Below, one piece after another: positions 7,924 to 18,492 of a DNA stretch of 64,000 nucleotides. Origin of the DNA: an uncultured Clostridia bacterium (GTDB lineage: Bacteria; Bacillota; Clostridia; Oscillospirales; Acutalibacteraceae); NCBI GenBank assembly GCA_944380885.1, contig CALWIZ010000007.1:5122-69121 (forward strand). Reading direction: 5' to 3'. Each line of letters opens with the position of its first letter. Within the stretch, counting starts at the first letter, position 1. The translations under genes were made by a program, and so were the position numbers. The notes under the pieces were generated by a model. That model saw nothing but the letters and a program-made list of their open reading frames with translations, ran no database searches and was not told the DNA's origin.

Positions 7924-10539
7924 ATGAGAATACAAAAATTCAATTATGTATTGCGTTCGATCTGTCTGATGTTGATTGCAGGTATGTTAAGCTGTTTGGT
8001 CGCTGTTGGCACTTCCGGAAATGGAGAAGAAAGTGCCTCCGGCACATCTGCGCCGGATTTATCAAAGCACGGCATGTATGCCGGCAGCTCTGAAATGCTT
8101 GGCAATATGCAGCGTATAGCAACTTCAGGCGAATTAGAGCTTTATGCTAACAAAGAAACAGCTGAGATAGCGGTGCGCGATGTTTCCTCGGGCGAGGTGT
8201 GGTCCGCAATTCCGTATGACTACAATAAAGACGGTAAAGCCAGTGATGAAACCAAGGCGTCGCTCGCGTCCTTTATCAGTCTTACATATTACGATTCTGC
8301 CAGCAAGGAATACACGATGAACGGATATGAAGACTGTATTTCACGCGGACAGTTTGAATTTGAGACGATTGACAACGGTGTACGAATAAATATGCAAATC
8401 GGAACTCTCAAGGATCAGTTTAACGTCCCGTTTGCGGCAGAGGCCGAGCGTTTTGAGGAAAAGGTTTTAAGCAAACTTTCAGGTATAGCGAAACGCAGAG
8501 TGGAGGCGTTTTACACCAAATATTCCGCAGATGATGAAAAACTTGATTCGGAAGTGAAAGAAAGACTTTTGAATCTTTATCCGGGGCTTGCCGACTTTGA
8601 CTTTTATATTCTGCGCGACGACGCGACAGAACGCGATATTTCGGTTTTAAACGGATATATTTCCGAAACCGATTATACTGCAGAGGATTATAATGACGAC
8701 GCGAAAAAATCAGGTTCAGCCGAGCGCGGAGAAGCGGCGGCGTTATTTGAAATTCCGATTGAATTTTATTTGAGCGATAACAGCTTGGTTGTGAACATTA
8801 ACGCAAAAGAAATTTCTTACGACAAATCGTCTTTTGTGCTTAATAAAATCAGACTTATGGAATATTTCGGAGCCGGCAAATCGGTTAATTCCGGGTACAT
8901 TTTTGTACCGGACGGTTCAGGCAGTATTATAAACTTTAATACCGATGGGACAAAGAAAATTTTAAACACTGTAAACAGAGTTTACGGTCAGGACTATACG
9001 CTCTTGCAGAAGAATGAATATCAAAACCTTTCTGAACAGGCTTATCTTCCTGTTTTTGGGATAAAAGAGAATAACAGGGCATTTGTAGGCATTATTGAAG
9101 ACGGAGACGCGATGTCTCAGATCGTAAGCCAGTCAGGCAATATAATTTCAGGGTATGAAACCGTTTCAGCTGAGTTTAACTACGCGGTGGTACAGAGCTA
9201 CCTGTATGAGGACGGCAAAAAACAAAACGGTCAGTGGACATATATCAGCAAGGATTATTATGATGGAAATTACACAATCCGCTATAAATTCATGACCGGT
9301 GAGGATGCGGGATATGTCGGCATGGCAAAAGTATACCGTGATTATCTCATAAAAAACGGCAGTCTTAAAAAGCTTGAAAAGACAGATGATTCAGCCTTTT
9401 ATCTTGAGGTAATAGGTCTTATTACCCGCAAAGATTCGTTTTTCGGAATACCCTATAATAAAAAGATAGCAGTTACAAGCTTTTCAGACGCTGTCGAGCT
9501 TATGGAAGACCTGAAAGAAAACGGCGTAACAAATATCAAGCTGCGTTATAAGGGCTGGGCAAACGGAGGATTTAACAATACCGTGCCTTCTAAGGCGACA
9601 CCGGAAAAGAAGCTCGGAGGAAAAGACGGATTAGAAAGCCTTGCGGAATATATAAAGAAAAATAATTACTCGCTTTTCCTTGATGTCAACTTCCATATAG
9701 TGAGAAATAATAAATTATTTGACAGCTTTGTTCCGTTGTTTGATTCACCTCGTTCAAATGACGACAATATTGTGGCGATGACCCCGCCTGAAGAGCTGAA
9801 CAATATTTCCGCAGAACAGAATTTCTATTATGCGATAAAGCCTTCCAAGATGGGGGATTACTATTCGTCGTATTTTGATAGTTATAAAAAATACGGCATC
9901 GGAGCATCCTCGATTTCATATGCGGGCAATATGCTTTATTCCGATTTTGATAAGGATAACGGTGTGACGCGTCAAAAATCGCTTGAAATGCTTAAAGAAA
10001 ATTTGAATAACAACTCGGAAGCAATAGGAGATCTTCTTACAGACGGCGGCAATGCCTATATATTCCCGTATGCAGGCGATATACTTAATATTCCGCTATC
10101 TGACAGCGGAAATATCGTTGAGGACGAAAGCGTTCCGTTTATGCAGATAGTGCTTCACGGATACATACAGTATGCGGGAGCCGCTGTTAATCTTTCTGAT
10201 AATCTTCAGATATCGCTGCTGAAAAGCGCTGAATACGGAGCCAATCTTTATTTTACGCTCGGATATGAAAATACCGGCGCGCTTAAGGATACATCTCTTT
10301 CTTATATGTATTCGATAGATTACAGTACGTGGAAAAGCGATATCGTAAGCCTTTACAAAAAGTATAACAGCGTTTTTGCCACACTTCAGAATCAGGCTAT
10401 CAAAGGCCATGAAAAGCTGGCGGAAAATGTTTATAAAACTACTTATGAAGACGGCACTCAGGTGGCGGTAAACTACGGTGATAATGCGGTCAGAGTGAAC
10501 GGAAAGACCGTTGACGCTATGGATTTTGCCGTAGTCTGA
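7924..10539 (+). CDS. large exported protein of unknown function (DUF5696-like, recalled from memory)
   Basis: 871 aa, good RBS AAGGAG, N-terminal anchor LMLIAGMLSCLVAVG. I recognise no catalytic motif. Gene neighbourhoods of giant SBP, 2 permeases, a YIP1-family protein and this protein recur in Firmicutes annotations as DUF5696. I cannot verify this without a search. Confidence 0.5.
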   Translation: MRIQKFNYVLRSICLMLIAGMLSCLVAVGTSGNGEESASGTSAPDLSKHGMYAGSSEMLGNMQRIATSGELELYANKETAEIAVRDVSSGEVWSAIPYDYNKDGKASDETKASLASFISLTYYDSASKEYTMNGYEDCISRGQFEFETIDNGVRINMQIGTLKDQFNVPFAAEAERFEEKVLSKLSGIAKRRVEAFYTKYSADDEKLDSEVKERLLNLYPGLADFDFYILRDDATERDISVLNGYISETDYTAEDYNDDAKKSGSAERGEAAALFEIPIEFYLSDNSLVVNINAKEISYDKSSFVLNKIRLMEYFGAGKSVNSGYIFVPDGSGSIINFNTDGTKKILNTVNRVYGQDYTLLQKNEYQNLSEQAYLPVFGIKENNRAFVGIIEDGDAMSQIVSQSGNIISGYETVSAEFNYAVVQSYLYEDGKKQNGQWTYISKDYYDGNYTIRYKFMTGEDAGYVGMAKVYRDYLIKNGSLKKLEKTDDSAFYLEVIGLITRKDSFFGIPYNKKIAVTSFSDAVELMEDLKENGVTNIKLRYKGWANGGFNNTVPSKATPEKKLGGKDGLESLAEYIKKNNYSLFLDVNFHIVRNNKLFDSFVPLFDSPRSNDDNIVAMTPPEELNNISAEQNFYYAIKPSKMGDYYSSYFDSYKKYGIGASSISYAGNMLYSDFDKDNGVTRQKSLEMLKENLNNNSEAIGDLLTDGGNAYIFPYAGDILNIPLSDSGNIVEDESVPFMQIVLHGYIQYAGAAVNLSDNLQISLLKSAEYGANLYFTLGYENTGALKDTSLSYMYSIDYSTWKSDIVSLYKKYNSVFATLQNQAIKGHEKLAENVYKTTYEDGTQVAVNYGDNAVRVNGKTVDAMDFAVV

Positions 10540-10565
10540 TATTTACGGAAAAAGGAGTCGATACA

Positions 10566-11528
10566 ATGAAAAAGGCAAATCCGGTTTTCGTCAGGCGCCG
10601 TCTTTCGCTGTCATTCAGGCAGAAAAAGCAGCTTACATACTGGGCGTTTCTCATTCCGTTCTTATTGGGATTTTTCCTTATAATGCTCGGTATTTATATA
10701 AATTCGCTTCAATACAGCTTTAATGATGTTATAATTGACGGCGCGGACGGATTTCATCTGGAATGGCTGGGCTGGGAAAACTATAATTACGCGCTTAATA
10801 AAGATCCGAACTTTGTAACTAATATTCAGAGCTCAATAGTGACAATGCTCACCAATATACCTCTGGTAATACTTTATTCGCTGATGATAGCCGTAATACT
10901 GAACAGAGAAATGAAAGGACGTACATTTTTCAGGGCGGTTTTTTTCATACCGGTTATCTTGGCTACGGGTTTTATGACCAAGGCGGATTTAAACAATATG
11001 GTTTCCGACCAGATGTGGAACAATATGGGCGTGGCTACTTCTGCCGCGACAGACACCGAAATGGCTAACGGGCTTTTTAATTCGGTGGAGATGCAGAATT
11101 ACCTGACAAGCTTCGGTCTGAGTCCTGAAATTTCTCAGTATATTTTGACAGCCGCCCAGAATATATACGACATCGTAAATATTTCCGGCGTTCAGATGGT
11201 AATTTTTCTTGCGGGAATACAGTCAATTTCTCCTGCGATTTATGAGTCGGCGTCAATAGACGGCGCTACCGCGTGGGAGTCCTTCTGGCTTATTACCTTC
11301 CCGATGATAAGTCCGCTGATAATAGTAAATGTGGTGTATACGGTCATAGATTCGTTTACTTCATCAAACAATATTATAATGCAGCAAATCCAAGAGCAGA
11401 CATATCAATCCAACGGAATGGGACTGGCGTCCGCTATGGCGTGGTTTTATTTCCTTGTGGTGGCGGTATGCGTAATAATAATTACCCTTATTATACGCGG
11501 ATATGTTTACTATCAGCAGAGAGATTGA
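10566..11528 (+). CDS. carbohydrate ABC transporter permease (second system, MalF-like)
   Basis: 320 aa, multi-pass, EAA loop YESASIDGATAWESFWLITFPMISP, RBS AAAGGAG. Confidence 0.85.
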   Translation: MKKANPVFVRRRLSLSFRQKKQLTYWAFLIPFLLGFFLIMLGIYINSLQYSFNDVIIDGADGFHLEWLGWENYNYALNKDPNFVTNIQSSIVTMLTNIPLVILYSLMIAVILNREMKGRTFFRAVFFIPVILATGFMTKADLNNMVSDQMWNNMGVATSAATDTEMANGLFNSVEMQNYLTSFGLSPEISQYILTAAQNIYDIVNISGVQMVIFLAGIQSISPAIYESASIDGATAWESFWLITFPMISPLIIVNVVYTVIDSFTSSNNIIMQQIQEQTYQSNGMGLASAMAWFYFLVVAVCVIIITLIIRGYVYYQQRD

Positions 11529-11538
11529 GGTGGCAGAA

Positions 11539-12507
11539 ATGAAAGGTATTTTAAAGGGACAAAGAGAAAAAAAGCCATCACGTTTGGCGGAAGCTTTTTC
11601 TAAAAACCGTATAAGAAGAACGCTCGGTCAGATTTTTATATACGTACTGCTGATTGAAATTGCGTTTGTAATCCTGTTTCCTCTGCTTTCCAAGTTTTCG
11701 GCCTCACTTATGAGCAGCAGCGATATGTACGACCGCACGGTAATATTCATTCCGCGTAATCCCACGCTTGAAAATTACAAGGTTGTGTGGGAGGAAGCAT
11801 TCTTTCTTATAGCGACAAAAAATACACTTCTGATTTCGCTTTTAGCGGCGGTATTGCAGACGCTAATATGCGCTATGACAGGTTACGGTCTGGCTAAGGT
11901 TAAATCAAAACTGGGCAATTTGGTGCTTTTATTTGTTGTGCTGACAATTTTAATTCCGCCGCAAATAATACTTGTGCCTATGTTTTTAAAGTTCCGTTTC
12001 TTCGATATTGCGGGAATTATAAAGGCTATAAGCGGCGGTACGATAACTCTTATGAATTCTGTATGGCCCATTGTTATCCTATCGGTTACGGGTCTCGCTT
12101 TTAAAAACGGCTTATATATTTTCATAATGCGTCAGTTCTATAAAGGAATACCCGAGGAAATAGAGGAAGCGGCAAGCATTGACGGATACGGGATCTTCCC
12201 GACCTATTTCAAGGTTGTGCTTCCGATGTCCGTACCAATGATGATAACTATATTCATGTTCTCGTTTTCGTGGCAGTGGACGGATACGTTTTACTCCGGT
12301 ATGTTCTTTTCAGAGCTGAAAGTACTTTCAAATACAATATTTACTATGACCTCGGCGTTCCATTCGGGCAACTTTGCGGGCAATTACAGCACGTCGTCGC
12401 TTTTGCAGACCGGTGTGCTTATGGCAATAATTCCACTGGTTATAATTTATATTTTTGCACAGCGCAAGATAATAGGCGGTATAGAGCGTAGCGGTCTTGT
12501 CGGTTAA
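11539..12507 (+). CDS. carbohydrate ABC transporter permease (second system, MalG-like)
   Basis: Start set at ATG 11539 after GAGGTGG. EAA loop EEAASIDGYGIFPTYFKVVLPMSVP. Confidence 0.85.
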   Translation: MKGILKGQREKKPSRLAEAFSKNRIRRTLGQIFIYVLLIEIAFVILFPLLSKFSASLMSSSDMYDRTVIFIPRNPTLENYKVVWEEAFFLIATKNTLLISLLAAVLQTLICAMTGYGLAKVKSKLGNLVLLFVVLTILIPPQIILVPMFLKFRFFDIAGIIKAISGGTITLMNSVWPIVILSVTGLAFKNGLYIFIMRQFYKGIPEEIEEAASIDGYGIFPTYFKVVLPMSVPMMITIFMFSFSWQWTDTFYSGMFFSELKVLSNTIFTMTSAFHSGNFAGNYSTSSLLQTGVLMAIIPLVIIYIFAQRKIIGGIERSGLVG

Positions 12508-12546
12508 ACCGGCAGTTTAGGCTAAATTTTTAAGAGGAGAATTACT

Positions 12547-15500
12547 GTGTATAATAAATCGCAAATATTTCGTATTCTTGACAAGCAGTCAAATTTCAAT
12601 CAAACACTTGAACCTTACCTTTTTAAAACGGTAGATACTCTTGATGTAAAGGGCTATGAAACTTTTGACAGACTGGACAGCCCGCCCGCGGATGAGCTTT
12701 ACCGCGATATGCAGGAAGGATATGTTTGGGGAAAAGAGAAGATTTACTGCTGGTTTAAGGCTGAATATAAGGTGCCGGAAGAGCTTGCCGGCAAAAAGCT
12801 TTACCTTTATCCTGAGTTTGACGGATATGAGGGGCTGCTTTTTGTAAACGGAGTGCCGCATACCAATTACGCTTCTAAAATTTGCGTAAACACTCACGGG
12901 AATCATTATTGCAAGGCATTCACGTTAGGGGCCGATGCGGGAGAAGTTTTTAAGCTTGATCTTGAGGCTTACGCAGGTCATGATTTTGAGGGGAATCATC
13001 CTTTTGCCCCGGCGGCGAAACACAGCTACAATTTAAAGCTGGGAAAGTTTCGCGTATGTGTTAAAGACGAGCTTATATACAAATTTTATTACGATTATAA
13101 GGTTTTGCAGGATTTGCATGACGCACTGCCTGAAAACAACTTTAAGCGTGCGGAAATCTTAAAAGTATTTTTGAAGCTGCACGAGGTACTTTACTGCGAT
13201 ATAAAAAATTGCAGGGAGGAAGACTGGCGTGAAGGTGTGCGCTTAGGAATTGAAATAATGGCTCCTGTGCTGAAAAAGCATAATTCGGAGTCAGTTCCGC
13301 GCGCCGGAATATTAGGTCATTCTCATATGGATACCGCATGGACATGGGAAATAGATGAGACCATTAAAAAATGTGCCAGAACATATGCGAACCAACTGAA
13401 TTTAATGGATCAGTACCCCGATTATCTTTTTATTCAAAGCTCTTCTCTTCACCTTAAATTTATGGAGGAGCATTATCCAAAGCTGTTCGAAAGAATCAAG
13501 AAAAGGATTTTAGAGGGAAGATATGAGCCAAACGGAGGCGTGTGGGTCGAATGTGACTGCAATATCACAGGCGGAGAATTTATGGTTCGTCAGTTCCTCT
13601 GGGGACAGAACTATACCAGAAAGCATTTCGGATATACCTCAAATTCCTTCTATCTGCCTGATACTTTCGGTTACAGCGCGGCGCTTCCGCAGATTATGAA
13701 GGGCTGCCATGTTGATTATTTCCTTACAACTAAACTTGGCTGGAACGAAAACAACAAATTTCCGTATGAAACCTATTATTGGCAGGGTATAGACGGTTCA
13801 AAGGTACTTGTCCATCATAATGTAACTCATCTTCCCCCTTCTCCGTCAAGAATTATCGGAGCGCTTGATGCTTTACAGCAGAAATCGGTAAACAACGAAA
13901 GACTGGTTACCTTCGGTTACGGTGACGGTGGCGGCGGTCCGGAAGACGCTATGCTTGAAACGGCTGAAAGAATTAAGGATTTAGAAGGCTGCCCTAAGGT
14001 TTACTACACCACCGTAGGGGACTTTATGAAAAATTTAGAGGCCAATCTTTTTGAACCCTCTACTTACCGCGGAGAACTTTATCTTGAGAATCACCGCGGA
14101 ACACTCACCAATCAGCACACCATTAAAAGAAACAACCGAAAGGCGGAAATTGCTATCCATAACGCAGAACTCTTAACCGTTATGGATGCGGTGGATAAAG
14201 GCAAAACAGCTTCTTCCGAGAATATAAATCCGCTTGTTGAGACATTGCTTGTAAATCAGTTCCACGATATCCTGCCCGGAACCTGCATTCCTGAGGCGCA
14301 TGACCGCAGCATAAGAGAAACCACTAAGGTAATCACCGACGCTGAAGCGATTTGCGTAAACCTTATGCGCGGTAATAATGCCGACAGTACCGTAACGCTT
14401 TTCAACCCTCTTTCCTTTGAGAGGAAAGACGTCATTGAAATTCCGGGAGAGCATTATATTGAAGCCGCGGGAACGGCACAGCAGATAGTTACCAAAAACG
14501 ACGGAAAAACCTTTTTGCACGTTTGCGGAATAAAGCTGGGCGCTTTTGAGGGCAAAGCGTTTTCATTTACGGAAAATGCGGAAAATGGGACTTCTCCGTT
14601 TAAATTCGTCGGTAAAACGCTTGAAACTCCTTTTGCGGTTGTCACGTTTGATAAAAAAGGCTATATGTCCTCATTCATCGACAAGCGCACCGGAAGAGAA
14701 CTTAGGGGAGAGTCATACAGCCTTAATACATTTATCTTCGGTGAAGAGGTTTCGGCGGCGTGGGACTGCTGGAATATAGATATAGATTACGAGAAAAAAA
14801 TGTCCGACTGTGCCGAGCTTCTTTCATTCGAACCTGTAAGCGACGGAGCAGTAGAGTTCCGCATCCGCGCAGAATACAGAATTTCGGACAAAACAACTCT
14901 TTCACAGGACATAGTTTTCTATTCCGCGAGCCCGAGGGTTGATTTTGAAACGACTGTCGACTGGAACGATAAGCACAGACTGCTTAAGACGGTATTTGAC
15001 ACATCGGTCCGCGCGGAATATTCGGTGCATGAAATTCAGTTCGGAAATGTCAAGCGTCCGACTAACCGCAATACCGAGGTACAGCAGGCGCGTTTTGAGG
15101 TGTCAAATCATAAGTATACCGATATTTCCGAGCCGTCATACGGTATTTCAATACTTAACGACTGTAAGTACGGGCTTTCGGTGCTTGATTCCAATATATC
15201 GCTTACTCTGCATAAGGGCGGAAGCAAGCCGGATCCGCGCGGCGATAAGGGCGTACACAAGTTTACATATTCCTTCTATCCTCATACCGGTACTTTTTGT
15301 GCTGAAAACACTGTGCATGAGGCGTATTATCTCAATAATCCGGTGCTTAGCTTCGCCGGCAGCCGCGAGATGTCCGGAATTGTTCGGATTGAAAAGGAAA
15401 ATGTCATTGCGGAAACGATAAAACCATGCGAGGAAAATCAGAAGGCTTACATAGCAAGAGTATATGAGTCGGAGGGCAGTTTTGTCAAAACAGGTATCAC

Positions 15501-15630
15501 ATTCAAAGGTGCCGTAAGGGTCTGCAGAACCGATATGCTCGAGCAAAATGAACAAGAAATTACCGATTTCAACAATGTAAAGTATTCCTTCAAGCCCTTT
15601 GAAATCAGCACTTTCAAGGTATATTATTGA
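12547..15630 (+). CDS. GH38 alpha-mannosidase (cytoplasmic, no signal peptide)
   Basis: GTG start after AGGAGAA. GH38 hallmarks are HSHMDTAWTWEIDET, GGVWVECDCNITGGE, LPDTFGYSAALPQIM and NQFHDILPGT. 1027 aa. Confidence 0.9.
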   Translation: MYNKSQIFRILDKQSNFNQTLEPYLFKTVDTLDVKGYETFDRLDSPPADELYRDMQEGYVWGKEKIYCWFKAEYKVPEELAGKKLYLYPEFDGYEGLLFVNGVPHTNYASKICVNTHGNHYCKAFTLGADAGEVFKLDLEAYAGHDFEGNHPFAPAAKHSYNLKLGKFRVCVKDELIYKFYYDYKVLQDLHDALPENNFKRAEILKVFLKLHEVLYCDIKNCREEDWREGVRLGIEIMAPVLKKHNSESVPRAGILGHSHMDTAWTWEIDETIKKCARTYANQLNLMDQYPDYLFIQSSSLHLKFMEEHYPKLFERIKKRILEGRYEPNGGVWVECDCNITGGEFMVRQFLWGQNYTRKHFGYTSNSFYLPDTFGYSAALPQIMKGCHVDYFLTTKLGWNENNKFPYETYYWQGIDGSKVLVHHNVTHLPPSPSRIIGALDALQQKSVNNERLVTFGYGDGGGGPEDAMLETAERIKDLEGCPKVYYTTVGDFMKNLEANLFEPSTYRGELYLENHRGTLTNQHTIKRNNRKAEIAIHNAELLTVMDAVDKGKTASSENINPLVETLLVNQFHDILPGTCIPEAHDRSIRETTKVITDAEAICVNLMRGNNADSTVTLFNPLSFERKDVIEIPGEHYIEAAGTAQQIVTKNDGKTFLHVCGIKLGAFEGKAFSFTENAENGTSPFKFVGKTLETPFAVVTFDKKGYMSSFIDKRTGRELRGESYSLNTFIFGEEVSAAWDCWNIDIDYEKKMSDCAELLSFEPVSDGAVEFRIRAEYRISDKTTLSQDIVFYSASPRVDFETTVDWNDKHRLLKTVFDTSVRAEYSVHEIQFGNVKRPTNRNTEVQQARFEVSNHKYTDISEPSYGISILNDCKYGLSVLDSNISLTLHKGGSKPDPRGDKGVHKFTYSFYPHTGTFCAENTVHEAYYLNNPVLSFAGSREMSGIVRIEKENVIAETIKPCEENQKAYIARVYESEGSFVKTGITFKGAVRVCRTDMLEQNEQEITDFNNVKYSFKPFEISTFKVYY

Positions 15631-15709
15631 TATTTTCCTAAATATATCCATATATATTAGGATTATCTGACAATTCGCAAAAAATGTCCACATCTATTAA
15701 ATTTATTTC

Positions 15710-15738
15710 TTGCACAAAGTTTTTCAATTTTTTATAAT
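15710..15738 (+). promoter_or_regulatory. internal sigma-A-type promoter (TTGCAC-17-TATAAT)
   Basis: TTGCAC at 15710-15715, 17-nt spacer, TATAAT at 15733-15738, in the 138-nt AT-rich gap between the GH38 and GH30 genes. Confidence 0.5.
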
Positions 15739-15768
15739 AATTATATGCAAAATGGGAGGAAATTTAAA

Positions 15769-17073
15769 ATGAGCTCTATCAAATGGTTTTCCACAACCGA
15801 GAATGAATACTGGAAAGAAATCGAATATAAACCCTCTGACAATACAAATAAAACCACACTCGGCACTACGGGTGCAGTTGATCAGACGATAGACGGATTT
15901 GGCGGTTGTTTTAACGAACTCGGTCAGATAGCGTTAGAAAAGCTGCCCGAAAGCGACAGGGAAAAGATATTGGATTTACTTTTCGACCCGAATGAGGACG
16001 GTCTGCGCTTTAATTATTGCCGTACGCCTATGGGCGCGAGTGATTATGCTGAGCGCTGGTATAGCTACAATGAAACAGAAGAAGACTATGCAATGGAAAA
16101 TTTCAGCATAGACGGTGACAGAAAATATCTTCTTCCGTATATCAAAGCAGCGCTGAAGCGCAAACCCGATATGAAATTGTTTGCTTCTCCCTGGAGTCCT
16201 CCGACATGGATGAAATTCCCCAAGGCTTATAATTTCGGAACATTAAACTGGAACGAAAAAAATTTAAAAGCATATGCGCTTTATTTTGCCAAATATGTTG
16301 AGGCTTATAAAAAAGAAGGCATAAAGATAGATCAGGTACATATTCAGAATGAACCGTTTTCCGATCAGAAATTCCCGTCATGCAAATGGACGGGAGAGCA
16401 GTTCATTGACTTTATAGGCAATTATATAGGACCGCTCTTTGAAGAAAAAGGAATAGATACGGATATTTTTCTCGGTACCCTCAACAGCGGAATCATTGAG
16501 AGCTTCAACGGTTATGTAAACGCACTTATGCACGACAAGAAAGCCTCAAAATATACAAAGGGAATGAGTTTTCAGTGGGCAGGCAAAAATATGCTCCCGC
16601 TTGCGAAGGCGAGCTTTCCCGACCTTTACACAATACAGTCCGAGAACGAGTGCGGAGACGGCTGGAATTCATGGGGATACGCCTTATATGTTTACAGCCT
16701 CTTCAGGCATTATCTCAACTACGGGGTCAGGGCATATGTGTACTGGAATATGATATTAAGCGAAGGCGGAATGAGCACCTGGGGCTGGCGTCAGAACTCT
16801 ATGATTACCGTTGAGGACAACGGAACTTATAAACTTAACCCCGAATTTTACATAATGAAGCACTTCTCACGATATGTGGCTCCGGGTGCAGTTCGGCTTG
16901 AGCTTGCCGGCCGCTGGACTTCAAACTCAATAGCTTTCCGCAATACTGACGGCAGTATCGTACTTATTGCCCAAAATCCATTTAAAGAGGCACAGACAGT
17001 TGAATTTACCCACGAAGCAAATACTTATTCTTTTGAACTTCCTGCAGATTCGGTAAACACAATTATTTTATAA
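15769..17073 (+). CDS. GH30 glycoside hydrolase (glucosylceramidase/beta-1,6-glucanase-type fold)
   Basis: Start at ATG 15769 after GGGAGG. Motifs DGFGGCFNELG, ASPWSPPTWMK, acid/base HIQNEP and nucleophile-region IQSENECGDG. No signal peptide. Confidence 0.85.
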   Translation: MSSIKWFSTTENEYWKEIEYKPSDNTNKTTLGTTGAVDQTIDGFGGCFNELGQIALEKLPESDREKILDLLFDPNEDGLRFNYCRTPMGASDYAERWYSYNETEEDYAMENFSIDGDRKYLLPYIKAALKRKPDMKLFASPWSPPTWMKFPKAYNFGTLNWNEKNLKAYALYFAKYVEAYKKEGIKIDQVHIQNEPFSDQKFPSCKWTGEQFIDFIGNYIGPLFEEKGIDTDIFLGTLNSGIIESFNGYVNALMHDKKASKYTKGMSFQWAGKNMLPLAKASFPDLYTIQSENECGDGWNSWGYALYVYSLFRHYLNYGVRAYVYWNMILSEGGMSTWGWRQNSMITVEDNGTYKLNPEFYIMKHFSRYVAPGAVRLELAGRWTSNSIAFRNTDGSIVLIAQNPFKEAQTVEFTHEANTYSFELPADSVNTIIL

Positions 17074-17085
17074 GGAGGATTTTGT

Positions 17086-18471
17086 ATGAAAAAATGGGTC
17101 AGTTTGTTTCTCTGCGTTTTAATGGCGCTTTCGGCCGCGGCATGCGGCGACTCGAAAGGAAAAGGCGGGGACACTTCCGATAACGCTGTTTCTGATGAAG
17201 TCGTTGTTGATTTAGGGGGTTATACCTTCACGATTTTAGACGGCGACAAAGCGCATTTTGCTCCCGAATCGGGTACAGCGCTCAACGACCGCACGCTTGA
17301 AATTGTAGAAGAGGTTGAAAAAACTTTCAACTGCAATATTGAAGTACAGGTAGTCGACCCTTCCGCAATGTTCAACAAGATTCAGCCGAGCATTATGGCA
17401 GGGGATAAAACAGCTGACTTGGTGGTGAGCACCACATGGACATTCGGTCAGCTTATCAGCGCCGATTTAATGGCGGATCTCAACACTTTTGATGAGCTCG
17501 ATCTTTCGAATCCGTGGTGGAACCAGAGTGTTATTCCAAAATGCACCTTAAACGGCAAGGTGTTGGCCGCAAGCGGCTCTTTCCTTACCCATATCGAAAA
17601 AATATGGGTTATGTTCTTCAATAAAAAGATTTGGCAGGAGCTAAACTACGAGGACCCGTACCAGCTTGTACGCGACGGAAAATGGACATGGGACAAATGG
17701 GACGAGTTTGCCAAAGGAGCCATGCGCGATTATGACGGCAACGGAGTTGTGGATTCGGAAAAGGATCGTTGGGGACTTGTCGCTCCGGTAGGAGATTTTT
17801 CCAAAGCAATGTTTCTTTCAATGGGCGGCGAATATTATAAGGCGGACGGCAACGGCGGTATAACCCTCGCCTGCAATAATGAGGCATCTTATAATATGTT
17901 CAATAAAATGAGTAAGATTATACGCGAGGATAAGGTCATGTATAAGGATTCACCCGACGCCGCGGTAACCTTTACAGCGGATAAAAGCCTTTTCTTCTCT
18001 TATCTGCTTATGCCCGATCAGCATTCGCTTCATCCGCTCAGAGATATGGAAAGTGATTTCGGCGTGCTTCCTATGCCTAAATATGATGAATCGCAGGAAA
18101 ATTACATAGGGGCAGTAGATCATAACGCTCCTCTCTTCGGTGTTCCTAAGTCCAATCCCAATAAGCGCGAGGTTGGTATCATATTAGAGGCGTTGGGAAG
18201 ACGCTTCCAGGGAATAGATAAGTACAAGACAGACGACTGGGCAGGCGTTTACTGGCGCGACGATGAAACCGTTGAAATGATAGACGATTATATTATTCCG
18301 AGCGCGGGATACGATTACATAATCCGTAATGCCAACAGCACTCTTGGCCTTCCGGTATCTGCGATTGAGGGTGCCATATTCGGCAATAGTGAATCCGGAG
18401 ACCTTGCAAGTACGATGAAGGCTATTGAATCTCCTATAAATGAAGCACTGAAAGATTTATTTGGAAAATAA
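17086..18471 (+). CDS. ABC transporter sugar-binding lipoprotein (family 1 SBP)
   Basis: Signal with lipobox-like MALSAAAC|GDS, RBS AAGGAGG, 461 aa. The size and Trp-rich composition are typical of CUT1 binding proteins. Confidence 0.8.
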   Translation: MKKWVSLFLCVLMALSAAACGDSKGKGGDTSDNAVSDEVVVDLGGYTFTILDGDKAHFAPESGTALNDRTLEIVEEVEKTFNCNIEVQVVDPSAMFNKIQPSIMAGDKTADLVVSTTWTFGQLISADLMADLNTFDELDLSNPWWNQSVIPKCTLNGKVLAASGSFLTHIEKIWVMFFNKKIWQELNYEDPYQLVRDGKWTWDKWDEFAKGAMRDYDGNGVVDSEKDRWGLVAPVGDFSKAMFLSMGGEYYKADGNGGITLACNNEASYNMFNKMSKIIREDKVMYKDSPDAAVTFTADKSLFFSYLLMPDQHSLHPLRDMESDFGVLPMPKYDESQENYIGAVDHNAPLFGVPKSNPNKREVGIILEALGRRFQGIDKYKTDDWAGVYWRDDETVEMIDDYIIPSAGYDYIIRNANSTLGLPVSAIEGAIFGNSESGDLASTMKAIESPINEALKDLFGK

Positions 18472-18492
18472 TGAAAGGGAGAAATACCGTAT

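Noticed and set aside
14939-15693. 160-aa (+) and 181-aa (-) ORFs overlapping the 3' end of the GH38 gene.
   Set aside because: Both are out-of-frame or antisense shadows of the GH38 coding sequence, which is continuous and motif-rich here.
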